Below, piece after piece: positions 47,323 to 56,863 of a stretch of DNA of 64,000 bases. The stretch comes from a virus, in IMG/VR virus record IMGVR_UViG_3300009155_000048, positions 1 through 64,000 of that record. One strand, 5' to 3'. Position numbers and translations under genes: made by a program. How positions within the stretch are numbered: position 1 is the first letter of the stretch; the number at the start of each line of letters is the position of its first letter. The notes under the pieces were generated by a model. It saw only the letters and a list, made by a program, of their open reading frames with translations, did no database searches and was not told where the DNA came from.

Positions 47323-48417
47323 ATGAGAGTTAGAAGAAAGTTCCTACAATTGACCAGTCAGACAGTTCCATATGGAACAGAATCTAAAATTAGAAAATTT
47401 CTACCAAAAGGAATAAGTAAAGACCAACATGGTAACTATTTTATGACAATTGGTGATAATTTCACCACTATGTTTACTTGCCACTTAGATACGGCTTGTA
47501 AATATGATAAGCCTGTTAAACACGTTCAAACAGATAATCTGATAATGACTGATGGCTCAACCATCTTAGGTGCTGATGATAAAGCCGGAATGACCGTTCT
47601 ACTCTATATGATTGAGAAAAAAGTACCAGGACTATATTATTTTTTTATAGGTGAGGAAGTTGGGTGTATTGGTAGCTCAAACTTATCAATGACTTTTGAT
47701 TGGACGAACATCACAAAAGTAGTCTCATTTGACCGAAGAGGCACCAAATCAATTATTACCGAACAGTTTTGTGGCAGATGTTGTTCAGATGAATTTGCTC
47801 AAGCATTAGCCGATGAACTAAATTCAACCGGTCTAGGATTAGAAATGGAACCAGATGATACTGGCATATTAACGGATTCAGCACAATTTGTTGATTTAGT
47901 TCATGAATGTACAAACATATCAGTTGGATATTGGAATGAACACACAACCAATGAGATACAAGATATTGAATTTTTATCTAGATTGTGTAGAGCCGTTGTT
48001 AAAATTGATTGGGAATCTCTTCCTATATTCAGACAACCAGGTGATGATGATTGTGGCATCTGGGAAGAAGATGAAGTTGAAGTTCTTGATGATGAATATA
48101 CAGAAAGTGTATTTACATATATCTCAGAAGATAGTGTTACTAAAAAAATGTATATATCTAAAACTTGGATAGAGTGTGAAAAAGACTTAATCAACAAGAT
48201 GTTGTTACAAAAAGGATATACACCAAAGTTAATAATTTGGGATGGCACTTCTTGTTATTGTCAAGAGCATGAGTCATATGATTTTATAGGAAATAGACAG
48301 GATTTAATAAATTTTATTCCCGAACTACAATATATACCATATTCACATTTGAAGTCTAATGTTAAATTAGGTAAAGACTATACAAAACTATCAAAAATCG
48401 CCGAATATGCAAACTAA
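47323..48417 (+). CDS. M28/M20-like zinc peptidase (paralog of 40035-41678)
   Basis: FTCHLDT, LGADDKAG, GEEVG, SFDRR, TDSA, ECTNISVGY.NEHT. Confidence 0.82.
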   Translation: MRVRRKFLQLTSQTVPYGTESKIRKFLPKGISKDQHGNYFMTIGDNFTTMFTCHLDTACKYDKPVKHVQTDNLIMTDGSTILGADDKAGMTVLLYMIEKKVPGLYYFFIGEEVGCIGSSNLSMTFDWTNITKVVSFDRRGTKSIITEQFCGRCCSDEFAQALADELNSTGLGLEMEPDDTGILTDSAQFVDLVHECTNISVGYWNEHTTNEIQDIEFLSRLCRAVVKIDWESLPIFRQPGDDDCGIWEEDEVEVLDDEYTESVFTYISEDSVTKKMYISKTWIECEKDLINKMLLQKGYTPKLIIWDGTSCYCQEHESYDFIGNRQDLINFIPELQYIPYSHLKSNVKLGKDYTKLSKIAEYAN

Positions 48418-48988
48418 ATCTATTATACTTGACTTATATGGTACTTTATTATACTCCGAGTATAAAGCTAGACCTTATCTAAACTTATTTAAGAATATAG
48501 GTCTAACCAAAGAAGAAATGAACTATTGGGCGGATAAAGTCATGACCAAAAATTATTCATATCTACAAGAGATTGTAGAAGAAATAAAACCAGGCCAATT
48601 TGTATATACATCACAATTAGAACATGATATAAAATTAGAAATTGAGTCAACACACTTATTTGATGATACTATTCAAGTATTAGAAACTCTTTCTAAAAGG
48701 TATAAACTCTATCTATTATCAAATATTGCTACTCCATATAAAGAGTGTGTGTTTAATTTAGGTATTGATAAATACTTTGATAAGATATTCTTTTCCTGTG
48801 ATATTGGATACAGAAAACCCCAACCCGAAGCCTTTGAAATGGTCATAAAACATAGCGGTTTACAACCTAAACAATTACTTATGATTGGGGATAGTCAGAG
48901 ATCTGATTATGAAGGTGCCTTAAATTCTGGAGTTAAAGCAGTACTTAAAAACAAGCCTCTCAATCTGATACTATCAGAGATTAACTAA
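48407..48988 (+). CDS. HAD-superfamily hydrolase
   Basis: LDLYGTL, LLSN, RKP.P, IGDS..SD. Confidence 0.88.
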   Translation: MQTKSIILDLYGTLLYSEYKARPYLNLFKNIGLTKEEMNYWADKVMTKNYSYLQEIVEEIKPGQFVYTSQLEHDIKLEIESTHLFDDTIQVLETLSKRYKLYLLSNIATPYKECVFNLGIDKYFDKIFFSCDIGYRKPQPEAFEMVIKHSGLQPKQLLMIGDSQRSDYEGALNSGVKAVLKNKPLNLILSEIN

Positions 48989-49175
48989 GAATAATACCTG
49001 GATTTTTATATCCTTTTTGTTCTACAATCTCCAATAGTTGATTAGGACTTAAATTAGTTTTATCCCAACCTTTCTTTCTTGCATATTCGGAAATAAATTT
49101 CTCTCTCAACATATTAACATCATCAGTTGATAAATTGTTAGTTGATTTAATTAATTTTTCATTATCGCTTTGCAT
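48981..49175 (-). CDS. Hypothetical protein
   Basis: 64-aa ORF with TAATATATA upstream. Confidence 0.55.
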   Translation of the reverse strand: MQSDNEKLIKSTNNLSTDDVNMLREKFISEYARKKGWDKTNLSPNQLLEIVEQKGYKNPGIILS

Positions 49176-49254
49176 ATTTACTTTTTATTTTTGTAAAAGT
49201 ATATATTAAGAGTTTAACCTTGGAAATTCCAAAAATTTTCCATATATTTGTAGT

Positions 49255-49776
49255 ATGGTTATCAAGATAAGAGGCATATTAGAATTTAGTCCAGAGGATG
49301 TGACCAGAAAACACAGAAATCAATCCTCTTGGAAAAGAGTTGCTATCATCAAAACTGATTGTGACTTAGACCGATACTATGCTTGGTTTTTAAAGAAAAG
49401 ATTCAATCTAGAATTAAATAAGAATCTTAGAGGTACTCACGTTACTTTTATCAATGATAAATTTGAAAAAGGTATATTTGACCAATTTGCTCCTCTTTTT
49501 AATGGTAAAGAAATAAATTTCTACATAGAAACCGAACCAAGATCTAATGGTGAGCATTGGTGGTTGAGAGTTCACTGTCCAGAAGCAGAGTCTATAAGAG
49601 AACTTATGGGTTTAAGTAGAGATCCATACTTTGGATTACACTTAACATTAGGACACGCTAATGAAAAATACATAGCTCACTCTGAATACATTACCGAACA
49701 ATGTAAGAGATTTGAGATAATTTCTAACGAACCTCGTAGACCACTCAATGAGCATGAAATAATAGAGTTCAAGTAA
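49255..49776 (+). CDS. 2H phosphoesterase-like protein
   Basis: Two HxT motifs: GTHVTFI and GLHLTLG. Confidence 0.65.
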   Translation: MVIKIRGILEFSPEDVTRKHRNQSSWKRVAIIKTDCDLDRYYAWFLKKRFNLELNKNLRGTHVTFINDKFEKGIFDQFAPLFNGKEINFYIETEPRSNGEHWWLRVHCPEAESIRELMGLSRDPYFGLHLTLGHANEKYIAHSEYITEQCKRFEIISNEPRRPLNEHEIIEFK

Positions 49777-49806
49777 ACAAACTTGAACTCTTTTTATATC
49801 ATGACT

Positions 49807-50601
49807 ATGCCAGAGATTTCGGAAGTTAGAATAATGTCTGATTTTATTAATCAGAATTCCAAGAACAAATTTAATAAAGCCTTTCACGTTGAAAAAGGAA
49901 ATATTCCTACACAATTCCTTGATAAAGAATTTGATATAAAATCTGATTCTAGAGGAAAAGAACTATTACTATTCATTGATGATTTACCTATTCATGTCTT
50001 TATGGGAATGAGTGGCAATTGGAAATATACTCCAACTGAAAAATGGAATGAAACTAAATTCACTAGGCTTAGACTAGATGACGAAACCGGACACTCACTA
50101 TTATTATATGGTGGGTTTATGGGACCAAAATACTCGGTTGGTAAACCATTCACCGGAACCAAAAGAGGACCAGATCCAACTAAAGAGTTTGATGATTTCA
50201 AATCAAATATCTATAAGAATATAGACAATAAAGCTTTTGATAAACCTATCTGCGAAACTTTACTTAATCAAGAGTATTTTAATGGAATTGGCAACTATAT
50301 CAGAAGCACCTTAATATTCTATGCTGATGTGAATCCATTTGAAAAAGCAAGAACTATATTACAAAATTCTGATAGAGTACTTAATTTATGTAAGGATGTT
50401 CCTCTTAAATCTTATGAATTGAACGGTGGGCAACTCAAAGATTGGAAATCACCATTTGATACCGACTCTACTGAATTTAAGAAATGGGTATTTTATCAAA
50501 AGGGATTGGCTTGTACCGATAAAACCGGTAGAACATTCTGGTTTGATGAGAAATGGAAGGACTATTGTCCATATGAAATTAAGAAAAAACGTGGAAAATA
50601 A
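49807..50601 (+). CDS. Fpg/Nei-family DNA glycosylase; probable start ATG 49807
   Basis: MPE N-terminus, RGKEL, GMSG, GPDP, LLNQEYFNGIGNY (H2TH). Confidence 0.88.
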   Translation: MPEISEVRIMSDFINQNSKNKFNKAFHVEKGNIPTQFLDKEFDIKSDSRGKELLLFIDDLPIHVFMGMSGNWKYTPTEKWNETKFTRLRLDDETGHSLLLYGGFMGPKYSVGKPFTGTKRGPDPTKEFDDFKSNIYKNIDNKAFDKPICETLLNQEYFNGIGNYIRSTLIFYADVNPFEKARTILQNSDRVLNLCKDVPLKSYELNGGQLKDWKSPFDTDSTEFKKWVFYQKGLACTDKTGRTFWFDEKWKDYCPYEIKKKRGK

Positions 50602-51061
50602 CTTTATTTATAGTGATAGAGGTGAGGGTAAAACTGAATTTATAACAAGATTAGCCAATGATTTATATAGAAAAGGTGGTTATAAAATAGATTTTTATTC
50701 ACTAACATCAGAGAGTTTACCGAATTTAGAAAGAGGAATTTCATATGATATTTACCCAAATAATATTGTAAATAGAAATTACATTTTAGACCTCAAAAAA
50801 GAAAAGATAAAAGCAGGTAAACTAGATATTCTTTTCATAGATGATATAGATTACTTAGATAATTGGGATGATATATTATCACTAAATTGTGATAAATTTA
50901 TCACTGTTGATATATTGGAAGAAAGAAATTACCCAAAAAGAAGCTGTAATATGGTAAAATTAAAAGGAAACTATAATCTTTTTCACTTACCTGATATAGA
51001 ATATAATAGCTTCTTAAAACCTTATTTAAGAGAGAAAAAATTAGACATATTATTAAAATGA
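50591..51061 (+). CDS. Small P-loop (helicase-like) protein with LREKKLDILLK tail; probable start GTG 50591
   Basis: SDRGEGKT Walker A, LFIDD Walker B; tail motif. Confidence 0.65.
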   Translation: MENNFIYSDRGEGKTEFITRLANDLYRKGGYKIDFYSLTSESLPNLERGISYDIYPNNIVNRNYILDLKKEKIKAGKLDILFIDDIDYLDNWDDILSLNCDKFITVDILEERNYPKRSCNMVKLKGNYNLFHLPDIEYNSFLKPYLREKKLDILLK

Positions 51062-51888
51062 TCAAAGCAGATAAATACTACATTCAGAATCTTGTAAATA
51101 TTATGAGTGATGGAACATTTGATGAAAACCCAAGACCAAAATGGTCTGATGGAAACCCAGCTCACTCAAGATTCATTACTCAAGTATTTGAGGAATATGA
51201 CTTATCAAAAGGTGAGTTTCCAATTACTACATTGAGAAATACTGCAATTAAAACCGGAATTAAAGAAATACTTTGGATTTATCAAAAACAATCAAATTCA
51301 TTAGAGGTTGCCAGAGAGATGGGCATTAATTGGTGGGATGAATGGAACATTGGGGATGGAACAATTGGTCAAAGATATGGCGCTACAATAAAAAGATATG
51401 ATTTGGTAAATAAAAGACTAACCTCATTAAAAGAAGATCCATTTTCAAGAAGACATATTATTAATATGTATCAAGAATCGGATATGGAAGAAACAAAAGG
51501 ATTACACCCCTGTGCATTTGAGACACATTGGTCAGTTAGGAAAATAGATGGTGACTTCTATTTAGATTTAACATTAATTCAAAGAAGTAATGATTATATA
51601 ATGGCTGGGTATATCAATAAGATTCAATATGTTGCATTACAAATGATGTTTGCATCCCACTTAGGATATAAAATTGGTAAATTCTGTCATTTTGTTCAAA
51701 ATCTTCATGTTTATGATAGACATTTTGAGGCATTAAATGAAATATTAGATAGACGTGGTCTAACTAATCAACCATATATTTCATTGAAATCTGATAAAAA
51801 CTTTTACGATTTCACAATAGATGACTTCGAGATACATAACATAGATGGTATTAAGAAGTTAAACTCTAATTTAGAAATAGCTGTTTAA
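51058..51888 (+). CDS. thyA: Thymidylate synthase
   Basis: EILWI, IGQRYG, SRR, LHPCAF, QRSND, NLHVYDRH. Confidence 0.93.
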   Translation: MIKADKYYIQNLVNIMSDGTFDENPRPKWSDGNPAHSRFITQVFEEYDLSKGEFPITTLRNTAIKTGIKEILWIYQKQSNSLEVAREMGINWWDEWNIGDGTIGQRYGATIKRYDLVNKRLTSLKEDPFSRRHIINMYQESDMEETKGLHPCAFETHWSVRKIDGDFYLDLTLIQRSNDYIMAGYINKIQYVALQMMFASHLGYKIGKFCHFVQNLHVYDRHFEALNEILDRRGLTNQPYISLKSDKNFYDFTIDDFEIHNIDGIKKLNSNLEIAV

Positions 51889-51891
51889 AAC

Positions 51892-51920
51892 AAAAAAGTC
51901 CTTATATTATAAGGACTTTT
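51892..51920. terminator. Bidirectional terminator
   Basis: AAAAGTCCTTAT/ATAAGGACTTTT. Confidence 0.72.
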
Positions 51921-51929
51921 ATTCTAAAT

Positions 51930-52223
51930 TTAGAAAGTTACTGAATCTCCACTATCTGGGAAAATTCCGGTATTATAACCCAATTCTGGGAAACTAATAA
52001 CTAAATTTTTAGCACCAGATGGGGTACCGCCAATAGCAGTTCTTGAGAAAGTAACAGACTCAGTTCCATCTAATGTAGTTCCTAATATGGTAAAATTCAC
52101 ACTATTAGTAAGTCCACTAAGTGTAGCTGGTCCTCCTCCTCTTACGTGAAAAGCTTGGTAGTTCACAGTTAATACGTTCGCTGAATACGTAGCCGAAGTG
52201 ATGTGGATGTAAGGTCTTGACAT
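51930..52223 (-). CDS. Small beta-rich protein downstream of MCP (possible head decoration); probable start MSRPY
   Basis: TAATATATA upstream; position after capsid gene. Confidence 0.5.
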   Translation of the reverse strand: MSRPYIHITSATYSANVLTVNYQAFHVRGGGPATLSGLTNSVNFTILGTTLDGTESVTFSRTAIGGTPSGAKNLVISFPELGYNTGIFPDSGDSVTF

Positions 52224-52295
52224 AATATTAAATATTTTTCTTTTATATATTAAAATAAAAAAGTGATTTCCTTCACTATTTGATTTTTTTAAAAA

Positions 52296-52330
52296 AAACA
52301 AACCCTCTCAATTGAGAGGGTTTGTTTTTT
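52296..52330 (-). terminator. Terminator after major capsid gene
   Basis: AAACAAACCCTCTCAA/TTGAGAGGGTTTGTTT. Confidence 0.8.
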
Positions 52331-52344
52331 ATCATTACTATAGA

Positions 52345-54096
52345 TTAGTTAAGTAATCCAGGAGTATCAGACACTTTAATTGTCATATACTGCTTTTGAG
52401 GATACCAACCCACTTCAGCAACTGCGTATCTAGATCTTAACAACATACGTGGAGCGAATGTAGCTTCAGAGATGATACTGATTGACTGAGCCATTAAGTA
52501 AGGTACGAAGATGATACCTGGTTGATCAGGATTGTTCTTTCTACCAATAACGATACGGTTATCGTTATACTTCATGTAAGGGTCAACATAGATTTGGATA
52601 TCACCGATTTGACCAACTGGATACAATTGACCAGAACCGTTGATTTTAGATTTAGTTGGATTAATAGTATATCCAGCGACATCCATTAAAGCTGCAGCTA
52701 AACCTCCGTTAGTTACTGCGAATTGTGCAGGACCAACACGACCTTCTGTTGCAATATAGTTAGAAGCGTGAACCATCTTAGTGATCAACTTACGTTGAAC
52801 AGCGTGTGTAGTTTCACCACCAACTTGAGTTTGAGTGTAAAGAGTATCTAAGTCAAAAATAGTTGGACTAGAGATGTTATTGCTATAAGTAGCACCAGAT
52901 GCTGGAGCTGAAGATCTGTTCAAGTCACCCATTTCAAAGATTTTAGATACAATTTGTTTAGAAATTGTTTGAGACAATTCGTTAACAAGGATAGATTCCA
53001 TTTTTTGAACGATATCCATACCAGTGTTAGCTTTGATGTCTTCAATTTCAGTTCTTCTAAGAGCTGAAGATACTTCAATAGTACCAACCGCGATAGACTT
53101 AGTAGAAACTTTTGGTCCAATTACACCAGCATAAGTCAAATCATCTTCAGCACGACTCATTGGGTATCTACCATTCTGAGAGTTTGTAGAGAAGTTTGTA
53201 GAGAAACCTGGTAATTGATCTTCTAATGCAGAAATCATAGTAACAGTTAAGTTAGAAGTACTTGAGAAAGTAAGACCAGGAATAGCTGTTAATTGAGACT
53301 GGATTGTAGCAGAAGGAGTAAATGTATTTTGAGTTTGGTCAAAAGCTGCTGCTGCTGGGTTATAAACGTTAGCAATTGTTTGTGAACCAATAGTAGCATT
53401 TGCTTGTCTAAATGCTCTGAAGATAGGAAGACCATCGATACGAGAGTAACCTAAGAATTCAAGAACGTTAGCTTTAGAACCACTAATAGATGTACCTGTT
53501 GAAACAGATGCAGCATAGTTACCTAAAGTAAAGTAAGCCTTAGTACCAGTAGCACTTTGGAAACCACCAACTGTTAAAACGATATCAGTTGAAGAAATTG
53601 CAGTTGAAACTTTAGTACCAAACGCACCACTTTGTAACATACCAGCTGTATCAGTTGAGTTAGTTGATACGATTTTAAATACTTGAGGTGCACCATATGT
53701 AGTATCAACATCATCATATTGGAAGTCAATATACAATAAGTCTAATTTTGGACCTGGTGAAGGTTTTACAGCAACTAAATCTAAACCGATTGTTTGAGCT
53801 GCGATTTTCATAGCAACTGGTAATAAGTTTTGACCTAAGTCACCAGAACCAGCCGAACCTGAGTTACTTGACCAGTTAGTACCAAGTGTAGTACCTGATA
53901 AAGTTGATGGTTGAGGAGATGTAACTGCACCCATACCTTGGATTGTTGCGTTTACATACGCATTTTCATTGATAGAGTGGAACTCTGCGTATTCTGACAT
54001 CCAATCAAGTCTGTCTTCACCAGCAACGCCCATGTTCTCTAATACTGGAGACCACTTCTTCAATGCTTTTTGTTTGTCTATTCTAATGTGTGACAT
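52345..54096 (-). CDS. Major capsid protein (T4 gp23-like)
   Basis: KKWSPVLE, IAAQTIGLDLVAVKP, VDPY, PY...F.PRMLLRSRY; follows protease gene. Confidence 0.92.
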   Translation of the reverse strand: MSHIRIDKQKALKKWSPVLENMGVAGEDRLDWMSEYAEFHSINENAYVNATIQGMGAVTSPQPSTLSGTTLGTNWSSNSGSAGSGDLGQNLLPVAMKIAAQTIGLDLVAVKPSPGPKLDLLYIDFQYDDVDTTYGAPQVFKIVSTNSTDTAGMLQSGAFGTKVSTAISSTDIVLTVGGFQSATGTKAYFTLGNYAASVSTGTSISGSKANVLEFLGYSRIDGLPIFRAFRQANATIGSQTIANVYNPAAAAFDQTQNTFTPSATIQSQLTAIPGLTFSSTSNLTVTMISALEDQLPGFSTNFSTNSQNGRYPMSRAEDDLTYAGVIGPKVSTKSIAVGTIEVSSALRRTEIEDIKANTGMDIVQKMESILVNELSQTISKQIVSKIFEMGDLNRSSAPASGATYSNNISSPTIFDLDTLYTQTQVGGETTHAVQRKLITKMVHASNYIATEGRVGPAQFAVTNGGLAAALMDVAGYTINPTKSKINGSGQLYPVGQIGDIQIYVDPYMKYNDNRIVIGRKNNPDQPGIIFVPYLMAQSISIISEATFAPRMLLRSRYAVAEVGWYPQKQYMTIKVSDTPGLLN

Positions 54097-54130
54097 AATT
54101 TTTTTTTATTTTTTTTGTTTTTCTTATATC

Positions 54131-54184
54131 TATATAGTATCCTATTTTTCCTTAATTTTTCAAGGGTGGATTTTTTATAGATTA
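54131..54184 (-). promoter_or_regulatory. Promoter with CTATAAAAAATCC-N31-TATATA (major capsid gene)
   Basis: Exact 29-nt repeat with 11241-11269. Confidence 0.6.
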
Positions 54185-56293
54185 AAGATTTTTGAATCTC
54201 TCCATAATTGCAGTTACATCACCATCAGACAATTTGTCTTCTTGAATTAACGCATTATGTTCAACTAATTTTTTAGTTACAGATTCATTTTTCTTGAATG
54301 GTCTTGTTAACCAGAAATGTTCAACTTTTGATTCAGTTGTTAAGTCTGGGTACAATCTAGCTTGCGATAAGATAGACTTTTTAGAAGATTCATTCAATTG
54401 TGACCAGATTGGCTTAATGTTTTCAGGCATCAATCTAATCAATCTCTCTTCAAGAGATTCATTTTTAACAGATAACGCTTCTCCAATCATCTTTAACACA
54501 TCAGAACTAGTGAAATAACTCTTTTCGTTTATGTAAAGTTTTACTTGTTCTTGCTCCTCGTTTGTTAAGCTGTAATAGCTATCAACTTGGGACTTGTTTA
54601 AGAATTTTAAGAAATGTAAATCATTGGACTCAGAAACTTTACGTTTTTTAGCTTCTTCAATTAATTTATCAATTTGTTGAGATAATTCTGTATCAGAATT
54701 GCCTTCGAATTTAGATTCTTCTCCATAAGGATTTTCCTCTTCTTTTTCATGTGCCATTGGCATTCCCGGCATTCCTTCTTCTTCACCATATGTACCTTCT
54801 TCTGAAGCTACTAAGTGAGGCATACCTTCTTCTTCCTCTTCTTCATATGCCATTGGCATTCCTTCTTCTTCTGAAGCAATCATTTCAAATCCTACTTCTT
54901 CTAAAGTTGGGAATGAATTACCTTTACTTTCATTTAATTTATTACCATTTAATTTCTCAGCAATTAAACCCGCGTAAGAAACAGTTTTATCTAAGTTTTC
55001 AGCAATATACTCAGAGTAAGCGATGTTATCATCTAAGTGTTCAGCAATGTATTCAGAGTAAGCGATGTTACCTTCTACATGCTCAGCTAAATATTCAGAA
55101 TAAGCAATAGAGTTATCTACATGCTCAGCGATATACTCAGAGTAAGCAATATTCTTATCTAAGTTTTCAGCGATGTACTCAGAGTAAGCAATATTCTTAT
55201 CTAAGTTTTCAGCGATGTACTCAGAGTAAGCAATATTCTTATCTAAGTTCTCAGCTAAATATTCAGAATAAGTGATATTCTTATCAACATTCTCAGCTAA
55301 ATATTCAGAGTAAGAAATATTTTTGTCTAAGTTTTCAGCTAAGTACTCAGAATAAGTGATGTTCTTATCTAAGTTTTCAGCTAAGTATTCAGTGTAATTA
55401 ACAGCCTTTTCTAAGTTTTCAGCTAAATAATCATTGTGAGAGATCAACTTATCAGTAGTTGATTTCAATGATTTATTTTCATTAACCACAACTTGAACTT
55501 TTTCAGCTAAGTAATCTAAATACTTAACCATTTGAGAGTTAGTCTTATTAAGTTCTTCATAGTACTCAAGAAGTTGCTCTAATTTTTTCGGATTGATGTT
55601 ACCTGATTTAATAGCAGATTGTGCAGCTTTCTTAGTAGTAGCGATTTCATTAATCAAATACTTAGAATAGTCAGCTAATTGCTGTTTGGTAACGAAGTCA
55701 TTCTGGTTCATATTGAATAGTTCGTTTATTTTTGACTCATCGGACATTTCATATATCCTAAAGTTAGTTTTATTGGAAAACCCATATGATTCATTTATGG
55801 ATTTCATTCTAGCTGAAGCAAATCCTGGGTCAGCAACAATGTCGTAAGTAAACAATTTCTTTAAAGTAACAGTACCATCTGATTCAGTGATACCAGCAGC
55901 TCTTGAAGAAACGAATACAGGACAACCATCATCAACTAAAGATTTAGCTTCTTTACCCCAATAGGTATTCAATAATTTAATCTCACCCTCAACACGATTA
56001 GATTCTTTAACATAAGAAGCTTTTCTAATAATGTGTGAAGCGCGAGATAATGATGTATCAAATACATCTGGGTGATCGAATTCACCATAAACAACACCCA
56101 TATTTTGAATACGGTCATTAAGTTCTTCTAAACAAGGAATAAACTTATCTGCAGTGTAGATTCTTTCATTACGGTTTTTAACACCGAACTCAGTAAAAAT
56201 ACCACCTAAGATATAGTCTTTCTTGCCACCAGAAACTTGAACGCTCTCCTTTAATGGGTTTGAGTTGTTTTCAACGATTAAGATTGGTTTCAT
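54182..56293 (-). CDS. Prohead protease (gp21-like) fused to repeat scaffold/core protein
   Basis: KNRNERIY, GEFDHP, VSSRAAG, YDIVADPGF; then 14-aa repeats and acidic region. Confidence 0.9.
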   Translation of the reverse strand: MKPILIVENNSNPLKESVQVSGGKKDYILGGIFTEFGVKNRNERIYTADKFIPCLEELNDRIQNMGVVYGEFDHPDVFDTSLSRASHIIRKASYVKESNRVEGEIKLLNTYWGKEAKSLVDDGCPVFVSSRAAGITESDGTVTLKKLFTYDIVADPGFASARMKSINESYGFSNKTNFRIYEMSDESKINELFNMNQNDFVTKQQLADYSKYLINEIATTKKAAQSAIKSGNINPKKLEQLLEYYEELNKTNSQMVKYLDYLAEKVQVVVNENKSLKSTTDKLISHNDYLAENLEKAVNYTEYLAENLDKNITYSEYLAENLDKNISYSEYLAENVDKNITYSEYLAENLDKNIAYSEYIAENLDKNIAYSEYIAENLDKNIAYSEYIAEHVDNSIAYSEYLAEHVEGNIAYSEYIAEHLDDNIAYSEYIAENLDKTVSYAGLIAEKLNGNKLNESKGNSFPTLEEVGFEMIASEEEGMPMAYEEEEEEGMPHLVASEEGTYGEEEGMPGMPMAHEKEEENPYGEESKFEGNSDTELSQQIDKLIEEAKKRKVSESNDLHFLKFLNKSQVDSYYSLTNEEQEQVKLYINEKSYFTSSDVLKMIGEALSVKNESLEERLIRLMPENIKPIWSQLNESSKKSILSQARLYPDLTTESKVEHFWLTRPFKKNESVTKKLVEHNALIQEDKLSDGDVTAIMERFKNL
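54955..55440 (-). repeat. About 12 coding tandem repeats of 42 nt (YSEY[LI]AENLDKNIA)
   Basis: Directly visible in DNA and protein. Confidence 0.9.
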
Positions 56294-56319
56294 TTATCGC
56301 AATTTATTTTTTATAACTG

Positions 56320-56370
56320 TATATATTGACCTTGAAAAACCGTCTTTTTTCTTAGAAGGATTTTTTATAG
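56320..56370 (-). promoter_or_regulatory. Promoter with CTATAAAAAATCC-N32-TATATA (protease/scaffold gene)
   Basis: GGATTTTTTATAG at 56358-56370, TATATA at 56320-56325. Confidence 0.55.
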
Positions 56371-56413
56371 ATACCTTTAGAACTTTATCCCATCTAAGTC
56401 ATATAAATTTCTA

Positions 56414-56863
56414 ATGAAAAGAGTAAAAGTTATAATTTTTCAAAAAAATGAAGATTCTTTGGATGAAATTGTTCAATTTTTATCTAAATCGGAAAACTCA
56501 AAAGAATTTTATTTAAAAATGAATAGAGATAAATTCATAAATGAAATTTTATCTATTTCCGATCCAATTCATCAATGGATGCCATTTTTAGAGTCACTAT
56601 CACCAATAAAACTATATGACAAATATGGATCCACTTATCAGTCAAAATATAGAGAAGTACTTAACATATCAACAATATCACACCATATTAAAAGTATAGT
56701 TGTAGAAAACAACACTCTATATGGAATTATTGATATACTAGACACACCAATAGGTGGACGAATTCAATCATTAGATGCAGAACAGATGGTACTAAATCCC
56801 ATATATAATACAGGTGAAATCATAACATTTGATATAGATTTTAATATAAGGGAAGCAGCATGA
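56414..56863 (+). CDS. Catalytically dead prohead-protease paralog
   Basis: SHHIK...YGIIDILDTPIG...SL...TFDI aligns to gp21; lacks DHP His and SSR Ser. Confidence 0.65.
   Translation: MKRVKVIIFQKNEDSLDEIVQFLSKSENSKEFYLKMNRDKFINEILSISDPIHQWMPFLESLSPIKLYDKYGSTYQSKYREVLNISTISHHIKSIVVENNTLYGIIDILDTPIGGRIQSLDAEQMVLNPIYNTGEIITFDIDFNIREAA

Noticed and set aside
50426-50590. N-terminal extension of the 50426-51061 ORF (and similar extensions at 5819, 8951, 30658, 46697, 52301)
   Set aside because: They overlap neighbouring genes or promoter motifs; downstream starts fit better.
54955-55440. 42-nt tandem repeats as a CRISPR array
   Set aside because: No unique spacers; repeats are in-frame coding units of the protease-scaffold gene with synonymous variation; no cas genes.
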